This document shows, piece by piece, positions 8,202 to 15,960 of a stretch of 16,531 bases of DNA; positions within the stretch are counted from its first letter, which is position 1, and each line of letters starts with the position of its first letter. A program made the translations under genes and the position numbers. The notes under the pieces were generated by a model. It made no database searches and was not told where the DNA came from. It was given only the letters and a program-made list of their open reading frames with translations. The stretch comes from Candidatus Eiseniibacteriota bacterium (GTDB lineage: Bacteria > Eisenbacteria > RBG-16-71-46), in NCBI GenBank assembly GCA_031366795.1, contig JANLOX010000056.1, positions 1-16,531 on the forward strand. Direction: 5' to 3'.

Positions 8202-9860
8202 ATGAATAACCAGAACGACATGCAGCCCACCGCCACCGCAGGCAGGCTCCAACGGTCGGTAGGCTTCTATGGGCTGATGTTCGTTTCGCTGGGGTCGATC
8301 ATTGGATCGGGCTGGTTGCTCGGCGCGCTCAACGCGGCGGAGCAGGCAGGCCCGGCCTCGGTGTTGTCGTGGATCCTCGCCGCCGGCATGCTCGCGCTGA
8401 TCGCGCTCACTTACGCAGAACTCGGCGCCACCTACCCCGTTGCAGGCGGGTCGGGGAGATTTCCCTACTATTCGCACGGCCCCATCGCCGGGTTCATGTC
8501 GGGATGGGCGTCATGGCTGCAGGCCGTGTTCATCGCGCCGATCGAAGTGCTCGCGGCGATCACCTATGTGAACAGCGTGGGGTGGGTCAACGTACATTTC
8601 AACATGATCAACAAGGCCGGCGACAGTGCCGGCCTGCTCAACGGACCCGGCCTCGTGGTCGCCGTCATCCTGATGGTGGTGTTCACCGCGATGAATCTCG
8701 CCGGCGCCAGGTTCCTGTCCGAGAGCAATGCCATCGTGGTGTTGTGGAAGACGGCGGTGCCGTTCCTCGCAGTGGGTGTGGTGGCCGCGCTGAAGTTCAA
8801 CCCCGCTAACTTCCACGCCGGCGGCGGCTTCATGCCGTTCGGCTTCCATGGCGTGTTCGCAGCACTGACCGGCGGCGTGGTCTTCGCTTTGCAAGGCTTC
8901 GAGCAGGCGGTTCAGCTCGCCGGCGAAGCGCGAAATCCTAAGAAAGACCTGTCGCGCGCGATTCTCACGGCCATGGCCATTGGCGCGGTGCTCTACTCAC
9001 TGCTGCAGATCGTGATGATCGGCGCGCTCAATCCTGCCCATATCCTTAACGGTTGGGCGAAGCCGCTCGGCACGGACCCATCCGACTACGGAGCGTGGTA
9101 CACGCTCGCGCTCGCGGTGGGCGCCGGCTGGCTCGCCAAAGTGCTCATCATCGACGCCGTGGTGTCCCCTGCGGGCACCGGCGTCGTCTACGTCGGAACC
9201 ACGGCTCGACTCTCCTACGCACTCGGCGAGGAGCGCGAAATGCCGAGCGCGCTGGCCTCGACCAATGACAAGGGCGTCCCGGTCTTCTCCATCCTCGTGG
9301 CCGCGGTGATCGGCTTGCTCGCGTTCGGTCCTTACAAGAGCTGGAGCGCACTCGTCAATGTGGTCACGGGAGCCACGGCGATCATGTATGCCTTCGCGCC
9401 GGTGTCGCTGGCGGCGCTACACAAGGTCGACGGAACGCGGCCGCGCTCGTACAGGGTGCCCGTGCCGGCGCTCGTGCTGCCCGCGGCATTCTGCGCGGCC
9501 AACCTGATCATCTACTGGGGCGGCTTCGAAACGACGTGGAAGCTCGCGTGCGCCATGGTCGTCGGGCTCGCGTTGTTCACCGTGGGCGCGTGGCGGGCAC
9601 GCACCGACGCGCAGCGCATGATCCGCAACGCGATTTGGATCGCACCGTGGCTCGGCGGCCAAGTCGTGATCGGAGCGATTGGCCGCTACGGCACCGGCGC
9701 GCGGAACATCCTGCCCAACTGGGTCGATATTGCCGTGGTGGTGGTGTTCTCGCTGGTGATCTTCTACTGGGCGGTCAGCCTCACCCTGAGCAAAGAGGCG
9801 GCGGCCATCGAAGTGGCCAAGGACGCGCGGCAAATCGACTACGTCACTCGGGAGCAATGA
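8202..9860 (+). CDS. APC-superfamily amino acid permease (YveA/YbeC-like aspartate/glutamate subgroup likely)
   Basis: 552 aa polytopic. TM1 GSIIGSGWL, YAELGATYPVAGG, TM6 FALQGFEQAVQLAGEARNPKKDL. Subgroup is from recalled motif similarity only. Confidence 0.92.
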   Translation: MNNQNDMQPTATAGRLQRSVGFYGLMFVSLGSIIGSGWLLGALNAAEQAGPASVLSWILAAGMLALIALTYAELGATYPVAGGSGRFPYYSHGPIAGFMSGWASWLQAVFIAPIEVLAAITYVNSVGWVNVHFNMINKAGDSAGLLNGPGLVVAVILMVVFTAMNLAGARFLSESNAIVVLWKTAVPFLAVGVVAALKFNPANFHAGGGFMPFGFHGVFAALTGGVVFALQGFEQAVQLAGEARNPKKDLSRAILTAMAIGAVLYSLLQIVMIGALNPAHILNGWAKPLGTDPSDYGAWYTLALAVGAGWLAKVLIIDAVVSPAGTGVVYVGTTARLSYALGEEREMPSALASTNDKGVPVFSILVAAVIGLLAFGPYKSWSALVNVVTGATAIMYAFAPVSLAALHKVDGTRPRSYRVPVPALVLPAAFCAANLIIYWGGFETTWKLACAMVVGLALFTVGAWRARTDAQRMIRNAIWIAPWLGGQVVIGAIGRYGTGARNILPNWVDIAVVVVFSLVIFYWAVSLTLSKEAAAIEVAKDARQIDYVTREQ

Positions 9861-10549
9861 GGCCGGCGAGCCGTTGCCCGCTGTGCGAGCGCCGCGAAAC
9901 ATCCACGCCCTTCGCGCGCGATGAAAGCCGCGAATACCTGGTCTGCTCGAACTGCGATCTGGTATTCGTGCCGCCGCAATTCCATCCCGGGCCCGCCGCG
10001 GAACGGCAACGCTACGACCTGCACCAGAACGATCCGGAGGATCCGGGTTATCGCGCGTTCCTGTCGCTGCTCATCGAGCCACTGCGCGCAACGTTGCCTG
10101 AGGGCGCCGCGGGATTGGACTTCGGCTGCGGGCCCACGACTGCACTCACCGGATTGCTGGAGGAAGCCGGTTTCCGCATGAGCCGATTCGATCCGTTCTA
10201 CGCACCCGGCCGCGGCGTGCTGCAGCGCGCGTATGATTTCGTTACCTGCACCGAGGCTGCGGAACACTTCTTCGATCCCGCGCGGGAGTGGGCGTTGCTC
10301 GTGACACTCGTACGGCCGGGTGGTTGGCTGGGTATCATGACGCTGCTGCGCGAGCAGGATGTGGACTTCGCGCAATGGTGGTACCGCCGCGATTTCACGC
10401 ACGTCGCGTTCTACTCGCGCCGCACTTTCGAGTGGCTCGCCCGCCGTGATGGCCTCGCGCTGGCAATTCACGGGGCGTCGGTGGTGTTGCTCGGGAAGCC
10501 ATCAGGCCCCGTGCCGGTTCCCGCACCGCTGCACCACACGTTAGAGTGA
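9857..10549 (+). CDS. Class I SAM-dependent methyltransferase with N-terminal CxxC..CxxC zinc motif
   Basis: True start is likely ATG 9857 (ATGA overlap with the permease stop, GGAG just upstream). CPLC..CSNC, motif I GLDFGCG, YDFVTCTEAAEHF, LVRPGGWL, WWYRRDFTHVAFY. Confidence 0.88.
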   Translation: MRPASRCPLCERRETSTPFARDESREYLVCSNCDLVFVPPQFHPGPAAERQRYDLHQNDPEDPGYRAFLSLLIEPLRATLPEGAAGLDFGCGPTTALTGLLEEAGFRMSRFDPFYAPGRGVLQRAYDFVTCTEAAEHFFDPAREWALLVTLVRPGGWLGIMTLLREQDVDFAQWWYRRDFTHVAFYSRRTFEWLARRDGLALAIHGASVVLLGKPSGPVPVPAPLHHTLE

Positions 10550-10581
10550 GGGTTGCGTCGCCACCACATGAGGGACATCCC

Positions 10582-11034
10582 ATGATCACGCTCCAACCTA
10601 TCGGAACGATCCGCAGCCCCTTCACCAGCACTTCCGAGATTCCCCGCGGTCCTTGTGCGAGTCACACGGCCGAGGGCGTGCTCGAGTTCTTGCCTGAGCT
10701 CGAAGCCGGGCTCACCGATATTGAAGGGTTCTCCCACCTGTACGTGCTTTGGGTGTTCGATCGCTCCAAGGACTACGACCTGATGGCGACGCCGCCGATC
10801 GACATCCGGCCCCATGGCGTGTTCGCCACGCGCTCGCCGCGCCGGCCGAACCCCATCGGGCTCACGGTCGTGCAATTGTTGCGACGCGAAGGATCACGCT
10901 TGCACGTGCGCGGGGTCGACATGCTCGACGGCACACCGTTCGTCGATCTGAAGCCCTATCTTTCGAGCATTCCCGCGGCAGACATCCGGCGCGGCTGGAT
11001 CGCCGAAGTGGAAGCCTCCAAGGAGCAATCGTGA
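10582..11034 (+). CDS. trmO: tRNA (N6-threonylcarbamoyladenosine(37)-N6)-methyltransferase TrmO/TsaA, single-domain form
   Basis: LQPIGTIRSPF, GLTDIEGFSHLYVLWVF, GVFATRSPRRPNPIGLTVV, VDMLDGTPFVDLKPY. ATG 10582 with GAGGGA upstream is preferred over GTG 10546. Confidence 0.93.
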   Translation: MITLQPIGTIRSPFTSTSEIPRGPCASHTAEGVLEFLPELEAGLTDIEGFSHLYVLWVFDRSKDYDLMATPPIDIRPHGVFATRSPRRPNPIGLTVVQLLRREGSRLHVRGVDMLDGTPFVDLKPYLSSIPAADIRRGWIAEVEASKEQS

Positions 11035-11097
11035 GGCACGGTCATCTTAAACCCGGTGTCAGTAGACCCGTGGAATGCAAACGAGAACGAACCACGA

Positions 11098-11136
11098 TTC
11101 CGGTTATCGATTCCCTTGCGAAATCGATAGCTGGGA
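11098..11136 (+). terminator. Strong hairpin downstream of trmO (possible terminator or stabiliser; no U-tract)
   Basis: TTCCGGTTATCGATT-cccttgcga-AATCGATAGCTGGGA: 15-bp stem including three G-U pairs that form only on the + strand RNA. Confidence 0.5.
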
Positions 11137-11230
11137 CGTGAGCTCGTACCGTCGGTTCGTCTTGAGTTTCCGTGACTCGGGCTTGAGTTGACAGTACCGC
11201 AGCGAGCCATCAAATGACGATGCCAGACAT

Positions 11231-11254
11231 AAAAAACGCCCGCGATTCAGCGAA
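11231..11254 (-). terminator. Weak or degenerate intrinsic terminator at the end of the cryptic CTD gene
   Basis: Minus strand TTCGC-tgaatc-GCGGG-cg-TTTTTT overlapping the TGA at 11247-11249. The stem is weak. Confidence 0.3.
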
Positions 11255-11975
11255 TTACCACGAGTCTCCGTGTCAGCGCGCCGCCCTCATGGCCGAGCCT
11301 GAGGAAATACGCGCCTGACGCGGCCCACGTGCCGGCGTCGGTTCGCAGGTCCCAGACCAGAGTCCATGTGCCGGCTTCCATTCGACCGTCCGCCAGCATT
11401 CGAATGCGTCGGCCTCCCAGATGGAAGACGGTAAGCTGAACGCGTTGCGCGTAGGGCAGGGAAAGCGAAACGCGAGTTCTCCCCTATACCGGATTGGGGG
11501 CAACCGCGAGGTACAACTCCGCGGAGAAGGACCGCTCGAACAGCCGATGCTCCTGGGCCGAGCCGTGAGCGCCGCCGATCCGCAGGAAGTCGCAGCTACG
11601 ATCGTCGCCATGGCGGGAATACGTCCCCACGATCTTCCGGTCGGCATCCACGAGCATACCCTTCCATTGGATACTGACGGGGTTGCCGAAGAAGTTCACT
11701 AAAATCGCCAGCGGATTCTCGACAATCGCCTCCGCCACATCGTTGGTCACGACCACATGCATCATGGCTGCGAGCGAATCGTCGGCGACATCGACATTGT
11801 GGAGGTACGTCAGCGCCGTCTGGTGGGCGACTTGCCCCAGGTAGTCCTCGGTGCACGCCGTAACGGCGGTGCCACGACACGGGGCAGCGAGCCCCTGCGA
11901 AATGGCACACCGTACAAAGCCAAAGCTGCGATTCTGGACCGTAGATCGCTCGCAACGAGCTTGTTGGTTTCTATT
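11247..11975 (-). pseudogene. Interrupted gene for a protein with FlgD-Ig/T9SS-like C-terminal domain; in-frame TAG at 11484-11486, 5' end unresolved
   Basis: Frame of ORF 11484..11765 continues past TAG for 78 codons: ..LYLAVAPNPV*GRTRVSLSLPYAQRVQLTVFHLGGRRIRMLADGRMEAGTWTLVWDLRTDAGTWAASGAYFLRLGHEGGALTRRLVVIR-TGA. The frame is also open upstream to 11975, with no in-frame start or signal peptide before 11765. Confidence 0.8.
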
Positions 11976-12355
11976 TCAGCCTGATGCGTTTCGGCCGAAC
12001 AGTCCTTGAGTATAGAATCCGCTTGACCGTGACCTTGTCCGCGGACGAGTCTGGACGGCGTTGCGAACGCTTGGGAAAACGTCGGGAACCCTGCTCGCCG
12101 CGCGCTTCGCGGGTGGGTCCACGTCGCTCCTCCGCGAGCGTTCGCTCAACTGCGTAACCGCCGCGTCACGTCCGTCTCGCGTTTCATCAGCGTATGGCGA
12201 TCCATTCCGGGAGAGACCATGACCTGATTTCGAGCGACCGTTCTCAAATCACTCGCGCCGCCACGACTCAGCGAGCGCGATTCCCCTCGCCTGTCCGCTT
12301 CGGTCTCGTACCGCCGTGGACACGTCCCCTGGACTCGCAGTGGAGGAGTTTCAGC

Positions 12356-15300
12356 ATGAAACTAATTTCAGTAGTTCTTGGCAGCATGTTCACGTACATG
12401 CTGCGAGTCGCACCGGTCGCGCTCACGGCAGTGCTGGCGGTGTCGACCCTCGCCCGCGCCGCTGACTGGCCCAACTGGCGGAACACTTCGACTAACGCGG
12501 GCGACTCCCCCGAGACGATCGTGCTGCCGCTGCAGCCGGTGTGGCACTCGACGGCGCCGGCGGTCGAAGAGAATGGCGCCGTCGTCAGCAACGGCATCGC
12601 CTACATGATGTCTAGCGACGGTCAGCTGCACGCGTTCACGGTCCCGACCGGGTTCGAGGTCTCGGGCTTTCCGGTTGCGACGGCCCCCAATTATGCAAGC
12701 CCGGCGGTCGACGCCACTAACGGGCACGTGTACGCGTTGGCCGGCGGCTCATTGTACGCCTTCAACCTGAACGGCACGCCGGCGTGGACGCGCAGTGTCC
12801 CCGGATCCGGTGCCAACTACAACGAGGGCCCGGTGGTGGAGGGTGGCTTCGTCTATATCAACGCGTCCGGCACGTTGATCAAGTTCGACGCCGGCGGTGC
12901 GCCGCAATGGACGACACCGGGCGCAGGCGGTGGCAACACCCAACCGGCAATACTTGGCGGGTTCGCATACGTGAACACCGAGGGCGGACAGATCCGCAAG
13001 TTCGACACCACGACGGGGACGGAAGTCGTCGGCGGTGGTTTCCCGATCACGACTGCCGCCAGCCAGACCGCGCTCACCGCGGTCGACGGCATGATCTTCA
13101 ACAAGTCGGGCCTGCTTTACGCCTACCGCTCCAGCGACGGTGCGCTGCTGTGGTCCCAGCCGGACGGCGGCGACGGCACCTTCTACGGTTCGCCCGCGGT
13201 GGCGAACGGCTTCGTCTACGTCTACGGCGACGACGGCCTCATGTACGGCTTCAGTGAGACGACGGGCGCAACGGCGACCGGGTTCCCGTCGGTCCTGCTC
13301 AACGCCGCGGGCAGCCGCAACTACGCCTCGCCCAGTGTCGCCGGCGACAAAGTGTTCGTCGGCGCCGGCACGAGCCAGCAGCTTAAGGTGATCAGCGCCG
13401 CCGGCACCGCCCAGGCCGGGCAGGTGCTGGATTCGTACCAGACGTTTTCGCAGGACATTCAGGGCTTTGATCTGTGTTCGCCGATCGTGTCCGGCGGATA
13501 CGTGCTGGCGATGCTCGATGGCGGTGGCCTGTATGCGTTCTACGGCGGCGGCGGAGCGGTCGCGGGCGCGGTCATGGTCAATGGTGGCGCATCCTGCGCT
13601 GAGTCGCAGAACGTGGTGCTGACGATCAGCAACAACGGCGACGCGTCGGTGACGCAGATGATCGTTTCCGAAGACCCGTTCTTCGGCGGCGCCGCCTACG
13701 AGCCGTTCTCGAGCACGAAGAACTGGACGTTGTCGAGCGGCTTCGGCTCCAAGACGGTCTACGTCAAGCTCAAGAACTCGTCGGGTGTCGAATCCAACGT
13801 GTTCAGCGCGTCGATCAACTATCTCCAGATGTGCCTGTTCATCACGCTCGAGCCGGCGACCGCGACCAACACCATCGGCACGCCGCACACCGTCACGGCG
13901 ACCGTGCGCGACGGCAACGGCAATCCGAAATCGGGGCGATCGGTGACGTTCGCCGTGCTGTTCGGGCCCAACGCCGGCGCAAGCGGCACATGCAGCGCAA
14001 ACGCCAACTGCACCACCGACGCCGCCGGCAGCGTCAGCTTCACCTACACCGGCAGCGCAGGCGCCGGTCGCGACACGATCCGCGCCTGCTTCACCAACGA
14101 TGCCGGCGGTCAGTCGTGCTCGGCGGTGGTGACCAAGGAGTGGACCACCGGCGGCTCGCCGCTCGCGGTGACCTGTCCGGCATCGTCCGGAACCGTGGGC
14201 GTCGCCTACAGCTCGTCGATGACGGCGAGCGGCGGCACGCCAGCGTACACCTACTCGACCATCGGCAGCCTTCCCGGCGGGCTCACGCTCAATGCGTCGA
14301 CGGGTGCGATCACCGGCACACCGACCGCGGCGGGCTCGTTCAGCTTCGCTGCTCAGGTGCACGACGCCGCCGGCGCCACGGCCACCAACAGCTGCGGCAT
14401 CACGATCGCCCCGGCGGCCCTGGCCGTCGGCTGTCCGAATGCCGCGGGCACCGTGGGTGTGGCCTACACCTCGCCGATCACCGCCACCGGTGGCACGCCC
14501 ATCTACACGTATTCGATTACGGGCAGCTTGCCGCCCGGGCTGACGGTCAACGCCGGGACCGGTACTGTGACCGGCACCCCGACAACCGCGGGTAGCTTCA
14601 GCTTCACCGCGCAGGTGTCTGACCAGGCCAGGGGATCTGCTTCGACGTCGTGTGCCATCACAATTGCTCCGGCCGGCACGCTGGACTGCAGCACGGCGTA
14701 CGCCTCGCCCTCATTGCTCAAGCATCACGACCACAAGCTGCAGCCGATCCAGATCCTCGGCGTGCGCAAAGCCAATGGGACGGCGGCGACGATCGTTGTC
14801 ACCGGCGTGACCCAGGATGAGCCGCTCGTCGCTCCAGATTGCGACGGCGACGACCACGACCGCGGTGGCAATCGCAGCGCGGGCGCCGTCAGCGGCGGAC
14901 CGGCCGGAGGCGATGATGCGGCGCTCGCCGATGTCACGACGACGCCTGGGGGTGCCATCGGCAAGGACCGGGACGACGGGTATGGCGACGGCGGCCGCAA
15001 GTGTCCGGACGCCGTGATCGACGCGAAGGGCCAGGTGTCGGTGCGCCGCGAGCGGTTGGAGCACGGCAACGGCCGCGTCTACGTGATCACGTTCACCGCC
15101 ACTGACAGCTCAGGCGGCACTTGCACGGGCTCGGTGCGCGTGTGCGTCCCAGGAAAGTCGCGGAACGTTAAGCACGGCGAAGAGTGCGTGAGCTGTGTCG
15201 ACGACGGGCAAAAGTACAACTCGCTTGGCCCGTGTCCGCCGCGCACCCGCGGCCATGACCACGATCGCGACGCGCAGGCGGTCGATCCCGAGCTGCGCAC

Positions 15301-15544
15301 CGGCGTCGGCCCGAGCGTCGGCGTGGCGCGCGTACTCGAGTATTCGCTGCCGGAAGCCGGCATTGTGCGTATCGCGCTGTACGACGTCGTCGGGCGGCGA
15401 GTGGCCGTGCTTTTTGACGGCGCCCAGAGCGAGGGCGTGCACGAGTTGAGCTGGAGCACCGCCGATCTGCGCCAGGGCGTTTACTTCTGCCGGATGGAGA
15501 CGGCGCGGGCGGCGGTGTCGAAGCCGATTCTGCTGGTGAAGTAG
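12356..15544 (+). CDS. Large secreted protein (~1062 aa): PQQ/BamB-like beta-propeller, Ig-like domain, Big_1-like domain, two He_PIG-like Ig domains, WPPNHK-type domain, FlgD-Ig/T9SS-like CTD
   Basis: ATG 12356 with GGAGGAG at 12342-12348. Signal peptide ending LARA|ADWPNWR. Repeated SP-A-V..G.VY..G.LYAF blades. VTATVRDGNGNP..VTFAV..TTDAAGSVSFTYT. GSLPxGLTxNxxTGxxTGTPT twice. Tail EYSLPEAGIVRIALYDVVGRRVAVL..GVYFCRM..KPILLVK. Confidence 0.88.
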   Translation: MKLISVVLGSMFTYMLRVAPVALTAVLAVSTLARAADWPNWRNTSTNAGDSPETIVLPLQPVWHSTAPAVEENGAVVSNGIAYMMSSDGQLHAFTVPTGFEVSGFPVATAPNYASPAVDATNGHVYALAGGSLYAFNLNGTPAWTRSVPGSGANYNEGPVVEGGFVYINASGTLIKFDAGGAPQWTTPGAGGGNTQPAILGGFAYVNTEGGQIRKFDTTTGTEVVGGGFPITTAASQTALTAVDGMIFNKSGLLYAYRSSDGALLWSQPDGGDGTFYGSPAVANGFVYVYGDDGLMYGFSETTGATATGFPSVLLNAAGSRNYASPSVAGDKVFVGAGTSQQLKVISAAGTAQAGQVLDSYQTFSQDIQGFDLCSPIVSGGYVLAMLDGGGLYAFYGGGGAVAGAVMVNGGASCAESQNVVLTISNNGDASVTQMIVSEDPFFGGAAYEPFSSTKNWTLSSGFGSKTVYVKLKNSSGVESNVFSASINYLQMCLFITLEPATATNTIGTPHTVTATVRDGNGNPKSGRSVTFAVLFGPNAGASGTCSANANCTTDAAGSVSFTYTGSAGAGRDTIRACFTNDAGGQSCSAVVTKEWTTGGSPLAVTCPASSGTVGVAYSSSMTASGGTPAYTYSTIGSLPGGLTLNASTGAITGTPTAAGSFSFAAQVHDAAGATATNSCGITIAPAALAVGCPNAAGTVGVAYTSPITATGGTPIYTYSITGSLPPGLTVNAGTGTVTGTPTTAGSFSFTAQVSDQARGSASTSCAITIAPAGTLDCSTAYASPSLLKHHDHKLQPIQILGVRKANGTAATIVVTGVTQDEPLVAPDCDGDDHDRGGNRSAGAVSGGPAGGDDAALADVTTTPGGAIGKDRDDGYGDGGRKCPDAVIDAKGQVSVRRERLEHGNGRVYVITFTATDSSGGTCTGSVRVCVPGKSRNVKHGEECVSCVDDGQKYNSLGPCPPRTRGHDHDRDAQAVDPELRTGVGPSVGVARVLEYSLPEAGIVRIALYDVVGRRVAVLFDGAQSEGVHELSWSTADLRQGVYFCRMETARAAVSKPILLVK
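14162..14674 (+). repeat. Tandem duplicated He_PIG-like Ig domains, 258-nt (86 aa) period
   Basis: LAVTCPASSGTVGVAYSSSMTASGGTPAYTYS..SCGITIAPA (14162-14416) versus LAVGCPNAAGTVGVAYTSPITATGGTPIYTYS..SCAITIAPA (14420-14674). Confidence 0.9.
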
Positions 15545-15567
15545 CCGTTTCGCGTAGGCCGCGATGA

Positions 15568-15610
15568 GCGCGGGGTTCGGCGTCGAGCCGGGCCCCGCGT
15601 TTCCGCGTTT
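15568..15610 (+). terminator. Probable intrinsic terminator after the large secreted protein
   Basis: CGCGGGGTTCGGC-gtcga-GCCGGGCCCCGCG 13-bp stem (two G-U) 24 nt after the stop, followed by TTTCCGCGTTT. Confidence 0.6.
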
Positions 15611-15960
15611 GACTCTTCGTGCCAGTGGACGACCGGTGAGTGCGAGCGATCGGGCGACTCACGGACGGCCGAACCGCAGCGCTCGGGGTCGTTTGGTGGG
15701 CACATGTAGGCGAAGTCGCACGGGAAACTACTCGGCATGGAATGGGCGTTCCTATCTGTTGAGGTTTGCCGTCAGGAAACACTGCCTGAAGGCGGCCGGA
15801 GGGCCCTGAAACGTTCCGCGAAGAGCGCTCTCGCGCTGCGAGTAGAACGGGTCTACAATTCGGCGACATTTGTTGGGCTGGTGGCCGCACGGCCCCATTG
15901 CATGAGCGTCGGCCCACTGCCCGCTGTCTCTTCGAGATCCCGACCCTCGGAGTATGATCC

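Noticed and set aside
7853..8202. Short ORFs in the divergent intergenic region, and similar ones at 1320-1662 and 15564-16009
   Set aside because: No recognisable motifs, and several frames overlap each other. Treated as non-coding.
9536..9856. N-terminal extensions in the ORF track for the methyltransferase (also 12194-12355 and 7721-7846)
   Set aside because: The extensions overlap another gene or precede a signal peptide. The downstream ATGs have SD-like sequences.
11484..11486. Genome-wide TAG reassignment as the explanation for the in-frame stop
   Set aside because: TAG terminates recQ and the large secreted protein at their natural domain ends, and no other gene here has an internal TAG. 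No pyl genes are in the window.
12461..13545. PQQ-dependent dehydrogenase call for the propeller
   Set aside because: Too short and no recognisable quinoprotein active-site features. Only the repeat fold is supported.
15735..15772. Minus-strand GGCAAACC..GGAACGC resembling a c-di-GMP-I riboswitch
   Set aside because: Lacks the GNRA-capped stem and the GCAAA segment, and does not lie upstream of a gene on that strand.
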